DNA from: Chloroflexota bacterium | Lineage (GTDB): Bacteria > Chloroflexota > Dehalococcoidia > Lucifugimonadales > UBA3495 | Direction: 5' to 3' | Assembly (NCBI GenBank): GCA_022562475.1 | Contig: JADFPD010000002.1 | Location: forward strand, 1-54,074 | DNA length: 54,074 bases | Shown here: positions 8,544-18,152 of the stretch, one piece after another | How the letters are laid out: each line of letters begins with the position of its first letter | Position numbering within the stretch: position 1 is the first letter of the stretch | Notes under the pieces: generated by a model | Told to the model about the DNA's origin: nothing | What the model saw: the letters and a program-made list of their open reading frames with translations, nothing else | The model's database searches: none | Translations under genes and position numbers: made by a program

Positions 8544-8990
8544 TTAGCCGCCCGAATACTCCAAGCCAACACCGATCACTTCGATCTGCATCGACCGGAC
8601 ATCGGGGGCGGCATCGTCGAACCGGACACCCAGGGTAACGTTGATGCCGCGGTGGATCTCCGGGTTGCCCGGCACGTCGAACCTGTGTTCCAGATGGTCG
8701 CCGCGCAGGTCCAGGTCCATGTGCTCGGCGATGCGGGACTCGCCGTCATAGATGATGACTTCGTGGACCGTGGCGTGGTCCCGGGTCCGGAAGCTGACGA
8801 TAGCCCCCTCGACCCGCATCTTGACGCCGTCAACAACCGCGGGCGTGGGCAGGGGGAAGTGGAGCCAGGTATTTTGGCCCCGCGCGCCTTCGATACGGAC
8901 GAAAGGCCCGGTGGCGCGGACCGAGGTCAGCCGGCTAGGGTATTCAACATGCATGTTTACGCCGTGCATCCACAGAGTTCGCTGTGGCAT
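8544..8990 (-). CDS. hypothetical protein
   Basis: 148-aa ORF with an AAGGGGG RBS upstream of the ATG. Codon usage resembles the neighbouring genes. No family recognised. Confidence 0.55.
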   Translation of the reverse strand: MPQRTLWMHGVNMHVEYPSRLTSVRATGPFVRIEGARGQNTWLHFPLPTPAVVDGVKMRVEGAIVSFRTRDHATVHEVIIYDGESRIAEHMDLDLRGDHLEHRFDVPGNPEIHRGINVTLGVRFDDAAPDVRSMQIEVIGVGLEYSGG

Positions 8991-9289
8991 GGGTTCGCCC
9001 CCTTAGCTTTTGGCCTGGGTTTCAGACATCAAGCCGTTGACCGCGCCGGGTCCGTGTGGCGCGTGCGGCACGCCTGGCCCGGCCAAGCTGGCAAAGATTA
9101 TAGCCGCAATTATCGTGCGGGTACAGCGGCGGTCTTCTCACCGAAGACGGGGTCTGGACCCGTAGAATTCCGTACAGGTCTGGCAGCAAGATGGTCGCCC
9201 AAGATTGAATCTTGACAAATGATTATTCATTGTATACAGTTTATCAACTGGAATTTCCTTAAAAACGTGAATTTGCGGAGGGAAGTGTA

Positions 9290-9808
9290 ATGTCTAAGAA
9301 CATTCTGGTTTCAGACAAGACGTATGCCAGACTACAGGGTTGTGTCGAGCCATTCGTAGACAAAGAGCCCGAAGACGTAATCATTCGTCTTCTGAATGAT
9401 TACGAAAATGCTAACGGCAGCGCCGACTTCCGAAACAGTTCCAGAACTGAGTCTATGGGCGGGGACTCGGTTCTGCCACGCGACCGAAACCCTCGTGAGA
9501 GGGGTACCACCGTCAAAATCAACGATCACCGGATTGACGCCGTCTCGGTCCGCGACCTCTACAAACAGGCTCTTAAGTACTTACTTGAAAACCACGAGGG
9601 CAGCTTGAAGCAACAGATCCCGTTCAAAACCAGCGACGCACGGTACCTGTTGAATACCAGCGCGAAACATCCACGCGGGAACCCATTTGTGATACCAATG
9701 GAGTACGAGGGCTACTACATGGAAGCGCACAAGGACTACAAAAACGGGATTGCGCACCTTCGCCGACTTGTCGAGCGACTAGGCCTGACGTTCGAATATC
9801 TCGGATAG
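9290..9808 (+). CDS. hypothetical protein (orphan gene in an AT-rich pocket)
   Basis: 172 aa with a GGAGGGA RBS. The N-terminus ILVSDKTYARLQ..VIIRLLNDYE looks like a ribbon-helix-helix/SeqA-N-like segment, which is a weak call. A short hairpin at 9810-9825 follows the TAG stop. Confidence 0.55.
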   Translation: MSKNILVSDKTYARLQGCVEPFVDKEPEDVIIRLLNDYENANGSADFRNSSRTESMGGDSVLPRDRNPRERGTTVKINDHRIDAVSVRDLYKQALKYLLENHEGSLKQQIPFKTSDARYLLNTSAKHPRGNPFVIPMEYEGYYMEAHKDYKNGIAHLRRLVERLGLTFEYLG

Positions 9809-9962
9809 CAGTGCTGTCTAGCACTAGTCGATGCATTATTATGTCGATCTGAAAGAGCGTAGCGGAGGAAGTATCCCTTAAACATGGTTAGACCTCTAGA
9901 TCGGATTTGGGTGCCACTACGATTTTAGGTAGACTAGCATCGGCAGAGGTGGAGTAGATACC

Positions 9963-10721
9963 ATGGGTAGACTCGAAGGCAAGGTTGCCATCATCACCGG
10001 CGGCGCACGGGGACAGGGCGCCCTGGAGGCCGAACTGTTCGCCAAAGAGGGGGCCAAGGTCGTGATCTGCGACATCTTGGACCAGGAGGGCAAAGACGTC
10101 GAGGCGAAGGTCCAGGCGGCGGGCGGCGACGTTGTCTATTCCCATCTGGACGTGACCCGGGACGACGACTGGCGGCAGGCGGTGGACCTGGCCGAATCCC
10201 GCTACGGAAAACTCGACATCCTGGTCAACAACGCCGGCATCACCCGGGGCGCGCTGTCCATCGAAGAGACATCCGAAGAGGGGTGGGACGAGGTCCTGGC
10301 GGTGAACGCCAAAGGCGTTTTCCTGGGCACCCGCCGGGCTATTCCGGCCATGCGTCGGGCCGGCGGCGGTTCCATCGTCAACGTATCGTCTATCGCCGGC
10401 ATCCTGGGACGTAAGTTGGCGCCGGCCGTCTATAGCGCGTCCAAGGGGGCCGTCCGTGTCTTCACCAAGAGCACGGCCATCCAGCACGCCCACGAGCGGA
10501 TTCGCTGCAATTCCATCCATCCGGGCCCCATCGACACCCCCATGCTGGCGGGGATCACCAGCAACCCGGCCATGCTCCAAGAACGGACCGATGAGGTGCC
10601 CTTGGGCCGGTTGGGCAGCTCCGAAGACGTCGCCTATGGGGTCCTTTACCTGGCCTCGGACGAGTCTTCGTGGATCACCGGGATAGAGTTGATCATCGAC
10701 GGCGGCATCACGGCGATGTAG
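9963..10721 (+). CDS. SDR-family oxidoreductase (3-alpha/20-beta-hydroxysteroid dehydrogenase-like)
   Basis: 252 aa. TGGARGQG Rossmann motif, NNAG, and the catalytic YSASK. Confidence 0.9.
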   Translation: MGRLEGKVAIITGGARGQGALEAELFAKEGAKVVICDILDQEGKDVEAKVQAAGGDVVYSHLDVTRDDDWRQAVDLAESRYGKLDILVNNAGITRGALSIEETSEEGWDEVLAVNAKGVFLGTRRAIPAMRRAGGGSIVNVSSIAGILGRKLAPAVYSASKGAVRVFTKSTAIQHAHERIRCNSIHPGPIDTPMLAGITSNPAMLQERTDEVPLGRLGSSEDVAYGVLYLASDESSWITGIELIIDGGITAM

Positions 10722-10724
10722 CGC

Positions 10725-11858
10725 CTACCCGGCCACCATCATCTCGTCCGTGTTGATCAGGGGCGAGAGCAGCCGGGGCGCTCCGTCCGTGATCAGGACC
10801 ATGTCCTGCAGGTGCCAGGGGCCGATGTGGGGCTCTAGGGCGACCACCATCCCTTTCTCCAGGGTGTGTTTGCCCGAGGGGACCATGTAGGGCTCTTGCT
10901 GGTGCCACCAGGCCCCGACTCCGTGTCCGGCCAAGGCAACCTTTCCCTGGATGCCTGCGTCACCGAAGGCATTGTTGGCGAAGTGGTAGATGTCCGACGC
11001 CCGCACCCCGGGGCGGCAATGGTCGATTGTCGCCCGGTAGATGTCCCGGTTGATCTTGTAGGTCTCGATCATTTCGCGGCTGGGCTCGCCCACCACCACC
11101 GTGCGCGACTGGTGGCCGGGGTATCCGTTCAGGTAGGAAACGTAGTCGTTCCGGATGATGTCGCCGGCTTGGAAGGCCATGTCGCCTTCGCCGCCGTAGG
11201 CCACGTCGTTGCGGCTGGAGTTGAGGATGCCGTGGGCCCAGTTGGCCCCGCGCCTGATGCACCCCTCGATGATGCGGGAATGCACTTCTCGTTCGGTGTC
11301 GCCTGGGCGGACGGTGGGAAAGACCTCCAGGTAGACTTCATCCAGCAGGTTCGCCCCCTTCTCCAGCATCTCCACTTCCGCCGGGGTCTTGATCCAGCGC
11401 ACCCGGTCCATCATGTCGGTGCAGTCCATGAGCTTGGCTTTGGGCAGCAGCGAGGTCATCTCCTCCCACTGGCGGGCGCTCAGGTAGTCCTTCTCCAAGC
11501 CGATCTTTTTCCTCTCCAGCCCCATCTCCTTGAGTATGTCCGCGGTCCGGGCGTATGGCGACTCGCCGTAGCCGTCATAGACCTGGACATTCTCGATCCA
11601 GCCGTCGCGGCGGGCCAGGGGCGCCGCGATCTCGTTGGCCACCAATACCGGGTCGCCGTGGCGCGGCCAGACCACCAAGACCCCTCTGGGGGAGTCGGGG
11701 AAATCCAAGTGCCGGGCCAGGGTCCCCGGATAGGCAAAACCGGCCAGGTAGGTGAAGTTCTTCCCCGACCGGGCAACCACGGCCGAACAATTGTTTTTGT
11801 CCATCAGTAGGTTCAAGCGTTCGATGTTGGCGATGATTCCGCCGTGAACATTTGCCAT
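10725..11858 (-). CDS. M24-family metallopeptidase (Xaa-Pro dipeptidase/creatinase-like)
   Basis: Creatinase-like N-domain plus pita-bread fold motifs (GHGVG, metal ligands D..D..H..E..E spacing). The ATG at 11858 has a GGAGG 7 nt upstream. The track's upstream extension to 11963 is unlikely. Confidence 0.85.
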   Translation of the reverse strand: MANVHGGIIANIERLNLLMDKNNCSAVVARSGKNFTYLAGFAYPGTLARHLDFPDSPRGVLVVWPRHGDPVLVANEIAAPLARRDGWIENVQVYDGYGESPYARTADILKEMGLERKKIGLEKDYLSARQWEEMTSLLPKAKLMDCTDMMDRVRWIKTPAEVEMLEKGANLLDEVYLEVFPTVRPGDTEREVHSRIIEGCIRRGANWAHGILNSSRNDVAYGGEGDMAFQAGDIIRNDYVSYLNGYPGHQSRTVVVGEPSREMIETYKINRDIYRATIDHCRPGVRASDIYHFANNAFGDAGIQGKVALAGHGVGAWWHQQEPYMVPSGKHTLEKGMVVALEPHIGPWHLQDMVLITDGAPRLLSPLINTDEMMVAG

Positions 11859-12053
11859 GAAGGGCCTCCGGGCTCTGGATTGGGTCGAGTCTAGCCCAAT
11901 CGTCGTTTGGCGGCAACGGTGAGAATAACGGTTCCCGCAGGGGACCAAAGACTCTTCTCCCATCCTTCCCCGAAAGGAGGGGAAGGTTAGGCCCGAAGGA
12001 GTCGAGGCTCACGACGATGTCGGAGATGGGGCCGGCGGCTGAGGTAAGCTAAC

Positions 12054-12590
12054 CTAAGGACTGGGAGTCGCGCTATCGGCGGGCACGGGTGTTTGGCTGC
12101 TGAAACTGCCGGAGAACGGGCAGCCCTCTTCCACCGCGACGAACTGCATCAGCATGCGCCATCGTCCGTCTTCCCGAACGATAGGGTAAGGAATGGCGGC
12201 AACGTAGGCGTCAATCTCGCCCCGCCTGCCAGGCCGGGGTTCGCCGGTGAGTTCCATAGTCATGAAGGCCCGGTCCGGGTCCCCTTCCGCCACGAATACA
12301 TCTTTGACTTGCATAGCGGGATAGGTCAGAGCGTTTTCATCCCTCTCAAAGAATTGCTCGAACTCCTCGACAGTACAATTGTCGCTGATATTTGACGCCA
12401 ACAGCCGTCGCACCGCCGCCGCATCATGTTTGTTAGTCGCATCAAGCCAGCTATCGAACAGCTCCACAGCCGCCTTCTTGACTTCAGCCGCGGACTGGAG
12501 GTTGACGGCGGGGGTTGGACCGTCTGTGCCGCAGGCGACGGCAAGGGCTAGAGTGGCGGCGATGAGGGGGATGATTGCTGAGGGTCTCAA
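12054..12590 (-). CDS. lipoprotein with an NTF2/SnoaL-like domain
   Basis: 178 aa. Signal peptide plus lipobox LALAVAC|G. TTG start. The first ~45 codons are duplicated at 14832-14959. Confidence 0.7.
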   Translation of the reverse strand: MRPSAIIPLIAATLALAVACGTDGPTPAVNLQSAAEVKKAAVELFDSWLDATNKHDAAAVRRLLASNISDNCTVEEFEQFFERDENALTYPAMQVKDVFVAEGDPDRAFMTMELTGEPRPGRRGEIDAYVAAIPYPIVREDGRWRMLMQFVAVEEGCPFSGSFSSQTPVPADSATPSP

Positions 12591-12643
12591 ATTGAATGAA
12601 TCCTTTCTCGGGAAGCGTAGATACGTTCGGCATTATAAATACG

Positions 12644-12675
12644 AAAGCCCAGCAGGTTTCGTTTGCTGGGCTTTT
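12644..12675 (-). terminator. hairpin aaagcccagcag-N8-ctgctgggcttt downstream of the (partial) tRNA-Gly copy
   Basis: Perfect GC-rich stem flanked by A/T runs. An identical copy lies at 15012-15043. Confidence 0.5.
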
Positions 12676-12692
12676 GATTCACTTGCAAAAGT

Positions 12693-12737
12693 TGGAGCGG
12701 AAGACGAGATTTGAACTCGCGACCCCCTCCTTGGCAA
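12693..12737 (-). pseudogene. partial tRNA-Gly (3' 45 nt: anticodon loop to CCA), displaced att-site copy
   Basis: Identical to 15061..15105 of the intact tRNA-Gly. Confidence 0.9.
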
Positions 12738-12834
12738 ATGCATTTTTTCACACCTCAGGGTGTCTCTCCGCGCCCACCGACGGTAACAGGGCGCGGCATC
12801 TCTGTATCCGGGTATATCACGTTGTCTCCCCCCG

Positions 12835-12858
12835 TTGGTACAAAAATTGGTACAAAAA
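12835..12858. repeat. perfect tandem 12-mer x2 (ttggtacaaaaa), about 100 nt inside the islet border
   Basis: Read directly from the sequence: cccg ttggtacaaaaa ttggtacaaaaa ccattgg. Confidence 0.9.
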
Positions 12859-13026
12859 CCATTGGCTCACCGAAGGTGTGGCCCGTTGGGTTCGTTTCAC
12901 AAAAACACCGGTCATCCGGCATCGGCCAAAACAACAAGTGATGTACCTGACCGGAGGAGCGTGCATACGGGGAATGTACCTAAGGAACACTAAGACCCGG
13001 CAAATCATCAGTTGGACTGTGGCCGC

Positions 13027-13659
13027 CTATATGTTCATCTCTCGGCGTGTTCTCACTGCTTGTGGCAATCTTCCAGCCGAAACATCTTTGAACTTGCCGG
13101 TATGTATCTTGATGAACGGCGGTCCATTGAATGCTAGCAATCTCGGAACAACACCATGCCGTGTGCTGCACCAATAGTAGATTCTAGGTCCATCATCCCC
13201 GACATAATCGAAGTGCCCGGCGATACGTAGAAAATCGGTCTTCCGCTTCGGAAACATGTCCAACCCGACGGTTGCGCGAATTAGGAAGTAGTGGTCGCCA
13301 TCGATTTCATAACGGGATCTGTCTCGGATGTTATGAAGGGGATTCCATTCGGCATGGCCATCTTTTGTTATTCGAAAGAATTCCTTTGTGGCAACTAGGG
13401 TGCCGTCATCCTCGATCTTAGATAAGAACTTAACAGGAATGTAGAGGAAGTAATGAACTTCGTCGGCGTTGAATGACATTAGCCATTTGTTATTTTCGAA
13501 GCGGAAGTCCAGGACCGCCTCATCGGTTCCCGCCTTTACGATCATTTCGGTCGATAAGGTGATACTGGGCCAGCGAAGGACCAATGACAGCACGAGCCCG
13601 GCTATAGTGGCGACAATTAAGCCGGACGCAATCGCGGAAACGTCGATGATTCCGAACAT
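13027..13659 (-). CDS. hypothetical membrane-anchored protein
   Basis: 210 aa with an N-terminal TM helix (IASGLIVATIAGLVLSLVL). AT-rich codon usage. No family recognised. Confidence 0.55.
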   Translation of the reverse strand: MFGIIDVSAIASGLIVATIAGLVLSLVLRWPSITLSTEMIVKAGTDEAVLDFRFENNKWLMSFNADEVHYFLYIPVKFLSKIEDDGTLVATKEFFRITKDGHAEWNPLHNIRDRSRYEIDGDHYFLIRATVGLDMFPKRKTDFLRIAGHFDYVGDDGPRIYYWCSTRHGVVPRLLAFNGPPFIKIHTGKFKDVSAGRLPQAVRTRREMNI

Positions 13660-13937
13660 TTACCCCCTTTGCAAGCCCAGCGGGCTTCAACTAAAACCAG
13701 CTCATCACAGGCAACCGGCTCCCTGCCTCCTAGCTTTCCGCTCCAACCCCACCAGGTAGTCCTGGTGTTGCCCGTCACGAGTCCAGGCTGTGGCCAAGCC
13801 TTCGCGGATCAGAGTCTCGTCGATGCTGGTGCGGTGTAGACGTAGGCCAGGATGCGCCCGAACCGGTCTGAGAGCCTGGGTCCATCTTCAAGCCGCACGA
13901 TCTCACTAGCAAGTTCGGGTTTCGGGAGTTGGCGCGT

Positions 13938-14603
13938 TTACCCTATCCTCGATTGCACCTTGGCCCAGATGCTGGGTGGCAGGTTCTCTTCCGCCAATTG
14001 AAGAGCGCGCTGAGCAATTTCAGGAGGCGCGTTGGCCTTGATGCCTCCCAGAATCGGGGCTATATCGTCGGGGCCGCAGCTTGAGCACATCACCTTTAAC
14101 AAGTACCCTCTGCGGTCCGGAGGGATCGTTGCAACGAGTTCCCGGGACATGGCCAGCAGTTCCTCTTCGGTAAAGTTGTCCCAGAGCGCCTGCTGCAACT
14201 CCGTTTCTTCCCGGTATAGGTGGCCCAGGTAGATGCCGATGTAGGCGTTCAGCTGCTCGTGGAGACGTATACCCAGAGCAACACGCTGGTCGCCTATGGC
14301 GCTCCTTATCTGTGCGACCAGTTGCTCTATTTCCGCAGACAACGCCTCGTCTTCTTCGTGTTCCTCCTCACACCGTGCTGTAACACCCGGCGCCCGGCTC
14401 TCTAAGAGAGGATGGATCGACGCGTCTTCGCGGGACCGGTGCTCCCACAGGACAAAGATGAGGGCATCGATGGTTTCCAGAGTTTCCGCGGTGACGCCAT
14501 CGTCCGCGAAGTCGGTTACGCCGACCTGGTGGGACGCCGAAAATAGCAGGTGGCGAATCGCCTTGTGTGTGGCCCGGTAGGTGTAGTGTCTCGCCTGAGT
14601 CAT
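13938..14603 (-). CDS. hemerythrin HHE cation-binding domain protein
   Basis: Repeated H/E motifs: THKAIRHLL, WEHRSREDASIHPLLE, EEEHEEDEAL, YLGHLYREETEL. The ATG at 14603 (MTQARHY..) is preferred over the track's start at 14663. Confidence 0.7.
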   Translation of the reverse strand: MTQARHYTYRATHKAIRHLLFSASHQVGVTDFADDGVTAETLETIDALIFVLWEHRSREDASIHPLLESRAPGVTARCEEEHEEDEALSAEIEQLVAQIRSAIGDQRVALGIRLHEQLNAYIGIYLGHLYREETELQQALWDNFTEEELLAMSRELVATIPPDRRGYLLKVMCSSCGPDDIAPILGGIKANAPPEIAQRALQLAEENLPPSIWAKVQSRIG

Positions 14604-14831
14604 CGGTCCCCCGTCAGCCTGCCGCTGGGAAAGAATCGTGGCAAGATGGTAACAGAGAGACAAGCCATTGGCATCGGCAAACGTTCACCCCGCTCTGGAA
14701 AATGTAGATGACTTGGAATAGAATCTCCAACTCATCAGAGCCACTATTCCCCAAGCAACCAGCAGGCCTACTCCAACCTCACCTGCGATATAAGGGGCAG
14801 GTCCGGTTGGTAATGTATAGTCGTTGAAGAA

Positions 14832-15135
<304 letters not shown>

Positions 15136-15176
15136 TCGACTTTTTCCGGCATTTAGACCGGCTCCAAGATTGTTAA

Positions 15177-15194
15177 TGGCGCCGAGGGACAGAC
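15177..15194. repeat. distal att repeat: 17/18 match to the 3' end of tRNA-Phe (tggCgccgagggacagac)
   Basis: Compare 20938..20955 (tggTgccgagggacagac). It covers the CCA, discriminator, acceptor 3' strand, T-stem 3' strand and 2 nt of the T-loop. Confidence 0.85.
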
Positions 15195-15313
15195 AGAGGA
15201 AGCTATATCCCATCACGTCTCACCAAGGTGTAATAACGTGCCTAGTAGTATAGCAGAACCGGCTCGATTCTTGTCCACTATCCCTTGGTCTACCTGGCTG
15301 TACCTCCTGGTAT

Positions 15314-15336
15314 GTCGGCATTTTGGTCGGCATTTT
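15314..15336. repeat. tandem 11-mer x2 (gtcggcatttt g gtcggcatttt) immediately after the integrase remnant's stop
   Basis: Read directly from the sequence. Confidence 0.85.
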
Positions 15337-15711
15337 CTAACCTTGTTCCATCGCTTTGGCAAACGCGTTCGCGGCTTCTTTTTGCGCGCCCGGCATTAAA
15401 TGGCCATACACATCCCCGGTTGTAGCCACCGATGCGTGGCCCAGACGGCGACTCACCAACAGCAGACTTGCTCCATTCTGGAACATGACTGTCGCGTGAA
15501 AGTGGCGCAGGTCATGAAGGCGTGTCCGTTCCAAGCCCAACCGCTTTGCGTAAGTTTGGTATACACGGGTAAGGGTCATTGGATTTAGTGGGTCACCAAG
15601 TGGGCCAGGGAATAGCAAGCCATTGTCTTGGTACGATTCTTCGAGCTCAATAGGGCGGAGAAGTTGCCTGCCAATATGGGCACGCAGAATGGCAATCGTC
15701 CCATGGTCCAA
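15337..15711 (-). pseudogene. tyrosine recombinase/phage integrase remnant (C-terminal catalytic part only)
   Basis: LHDLRHFHAT (HxxR), LGHASVATT and the catalytic-Tyr region DVYGHL are present. The segment that normally holds the first catalytic Arg (between ..DLDHGTIAI and LRAH..) is missing. An in-frame TAG lies 12 codons upstream of the TTG. Confidence 0.8.
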
Positions 15712-15985
15712 GTCTACCGCCCGACGGCCAGCCGCTTGCCTGCTTCGCTAAGCTGGAACCCGCATACTGGACACCAGTGGCCGATAGTCTCGTAGTGAAC
15801 ACCGTTACTACGTCTTAGGCTTGCCTTGGTAGCCCGTGCAATCACCTTCTGGCCACTGTGGCCCGTGGTAAACCGTGGTTCCCTTACGGCTCTCTGATGG
15901 GCTTCCGGAGGCTACCGAGGGCATGTTTTCAGTGTAACAGTGGTAACGCGCACCCCCTAACTGAATCGTGTCATAATACCGGCAA

Positions 15986-15999
15986 CTTTTTAGGCAGAT
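15986..15999 (+). repeat. 14-nt motif ctttttaggcagat, copy 1 (16 nt before the DUF1330 ATG)
   Basis: An exact second copy lies at 16334..16347. Confidence 0.85.
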
Positions 16000-16015
16000 T
16001 TCAAGGAGGCAAGCA

Positions 16016-16306
16016 ATGGCGGCATGGGTGATTGCAGCAATTCAAAGTGTGAGTGATGAGGCCGGTTTCGCGGCTTATCAAGAACTAGGCGGACCGACGG
16101 TGGCCAAGTACGGTGGCAAGCGTGTGGCCGCCGGAACCAAAATAGAAGTAGCCGACGGCACGTGGTCTCCCATTAGGATGGTGGTGATTGAGTTCGAGAA
16201 CCTAGAGAAAGCTAAGACGTGGTACAACTCGCCGGAATACCAGGCAGCAAAGGAGAAAAGAATTAGCTCAAGTGACGGCGGGTTCATTTTCTTAGATGGC
16301 GCGTAA
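16016..16306 (+). CDS. DUF1330 domain protein
   Basis: 96 aa. The pattern ..Y.....P...KYGG......G..EV.EG.W.P.R.V.IEF.S.E.A..WY.S.EY.. matches DUF1330. AAGGAGG RBS. Confidence 0.85.
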   Translation: MAAWVIAAIQSVSDEAGFAAYQELGGPTVAKYGGKRVAAGTKIEVADGTWSPIRMVVIEFENLEKAKTWYNSPEYQAAKEKRISSSDGGFIFLDGA

Positions 16307-16333
16307 GCCGGGCGAGCCTAGTTAATCCACTAT

Positions 16334-16347
16334 CTTTTTAGGCAGAT
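16334..16347 (+). repeat. 14-nt motif ctttttaggcagat, copy 2 (5 nt before the GAF-kinase ATG)
   Basis: Exact copy of 15986..15999. Confidence 0.85.
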
Positions 16348-16352
16348 ACTGC

Positions 16353-18140
16353 ATGAACGACCAGCGTAAAACCAAGAAGCAGCTACTGGAAGATTTGGCT
16401 CTTGCACAAGAACGCATTGAGCTAGAACAGGCGCGCTCATCGGCCCTTCAAGAAGTCTCCAAAAAGTTGGCTGCTGCCCACGATACGGATGAAGTGCTGA
16501 ATCTGATCGTGAATGAAGCTGCGAGGCTCATTGGTGCTACCGGTGCCTATATCCGGTTGTTGGAGGGAACCGATTTGGTGCCCAGCGCCTCCACAGAATC
16601 CCTGATCGGATATGTTGCCGATAACGCCAAAGCTCAACCGACCGTCGCTGTTGAATCACGGTTCGGGGTTGGCCACGTGATGGCCACCAAGAAACCAGCG
16701 GTAAGAGAAGACGCGACAGTGGACGAGCGCGTATCACCTGAAGTACGTCTCATATTCAAACAACATGGGTTCCACGGGGCGGCATTAGTTCCCATGGTGG
16801 CCAATGACCGGTCAATTGGCGTGCTCTCCGTGATGGACAAGCGGATACGCCACTTCACAGAAGATGAAGTTTCTCTCCTAGCAGCCTTTGCCGACCAGGC
16901 AGCCCTTGCCTTAGATAAAGCCCGGCTCTTGAACGAGGCGGAGCGGGAGAAGGAACGTTCCGACGCCCTTTACCGTGTCTCTAACCTACTAGCCGGTGCC
17001 CATGACACCGACGATGTGCTGGACCTGATCGTGAACGAGGCAGGACGGCTCCTGGTTGCACCGTCGGTCAATATTCGCCTATTAGATGGAGACACTTTGG
17101 TGACCCGCGCGACCACCCGAAGCCCAATGGATAACCCCGAGTTGATTGGCCGGTGTCTCAAAGTAGGCGATGAGGGTGGGTTGGTGGGCCACGTGATGGC
17201 CACCAAGAAACCGTTATTTGGGGAGGAAGCCCTCCAGATGATTCTTCCGGAAGCGCGCAAGTTAATCGAAGAACGAGGTCTTGACCCTGCCGCTCTTGCC
17301 GTAGTTCCGCTTCTGGCAAACGACCGGTCCATCGGCGCACTCCGGGTGGCGGACGCCGGCAAGCTCGGCCGCCGGTTCACCGAGGATGAAGTCTCCCTCT
17401 TGAAAGCCTTCGCTGACCAGGCGTCGCTAGCATTGGAGAAGGCGCGGCTCTTGAAAGAGGCCGAGACCGAGAGAGAACGCTCGGACGCCCTCTACCGTGT
17501 CTCTAATCTCCTAGCGGGCGCACATGACACGAATGAGGTGTTGGAACTCATCGTGAATGAGGCGGCCCGGCTAGTTGGCACTCACGGAGCTTACATCCGG
17601 CTTTTGGAGGGCGGAGCTTTGGTAGTTAACGTCGCAACTGCTTCGGCAGCCGAGTATGTAGCCGATGCCGCCTCATTGTTTCCCGGATTCAAAGTAGAGG
17701 AAGGGACTAGCGCCTTTGGTCATACAATGGCAACCCAAATGCCCGTTGTTATAGAAGACACTCAAAATTCTGAGTGGGCAAAAGATGCCATGCGAGCCAA
17801 TCTCATGAAGCACGGTATAGACAGTGTCGCGCATGTTCCTCTCCTGGCCAACGACATGTCACTAGGCGTGCTAGTCGTGCTTGAAACTCGCGTACGCCGC
17901 TTTACCGAGGACGAAGTCTCCCTGCTGTCCGCCTTTGCCGATCAAGCATCTTTGGCTTTGGAAAAAGCCCGTCTTCTAAACGAGGCTGAGGCCCGAGAGC
18001 GGCAAGCCACCCAACTCTATGAGGTAACCACTCAACTGGCCTCCAATTATAATATGGACAGCGTGCTGGAGTTGATTGCCGAGAGGGCGAAGGAGCTGCT
18101 GAAAAGCGACGCCTCCTCCATTTGGAGATACGATGAGTAG
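16353..18140 (+). CDS. sensor histidine kinase, segment 1: three tandem GAF modules plus the start of a fourth; ends at an in-frame TAG
   Basis: 595 aa. The ~173-aa unit repeats, with the conserved linker FTEDEVSLL.AFADQA.LAL.KARLL.EAE...ERSDALYRVSNLLAGAHDT..VL.LIVNEA. It is in the same reading frame as the next two segments. Confidence 0.8.
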   Translation: MNDQRKTKKQLLEDLALAQERIELEQARSSALQEVSKKLAAAHDTDEVLNLIVNEAARLIGATGAYIRLLEGTDLVPSASTESLIGYVADNAKAQPTVAVESRFGVGHVMATKKPAVREDATVDERVSPEVRLIFKQHGFHGAALVPMVANDRSIGVLSVMDKRIRHFTEDEVSLLAAFADQAALALDKARLLNEAEREKERSDALYRVSNLLAGAHDTDDVLDLIVNEAGRLLVAPSVNIRLLDGDTLVTRATTRSPMDNPELIGRCLKVGDEGGLVGHVMATKKPLFGEEALQMILPEARKLIEERGLDPAALAVVPLLANDRSIGALRVADAGKLGRRFTEDEVSLLKAFADQASLALEKARLLKEAETERERSDALYRVSNLLAGAHDTNEVLELIVNEAARLVGTHGAYIRLLEGGALVVNVATASAAEYVADAASLFPGFKVEEGTSAFGHTMATQMPVVIEDTQNSEWAKDAMRANLMKHGIDSVAHVPLLANDMSLGVLVVLETRVRRFTEDEVSLLSAFADQASLALEKARLLNEAEARERQATQLYEVTTQLASNYNMDSVLELIAERAKELLKSDASSIWRYDE

Positions 18141-18152
18141 CGAGGCGGGCTA

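Larger units (their letters stand above)
12462..12737. repeat. direct repeat copy 1 (276 nt): 3' 45 nt of tRNA-Gly + hairpin + 5' end of the lipoprotein gene
   Basis: My manual alignment to 14832..15105 gives about 8 substitutions and 2 single-base indels. The tRNA-proximal ~108 nt are identical. The repeat ends exactly at the anticodon loop (ttggcaa). Confidence 0.9.

Noticed and set aside
12596-13177. 193-aa plus-strand ORF, and its paralogous 101-aa ORF at 14871..15176.
   Set aside because: They run through the terminator hairpin and the (partial) tRNA-Gly sequence, and antisense to the lipoprotein signal peptide. They are artefacts of the duplicated segment.
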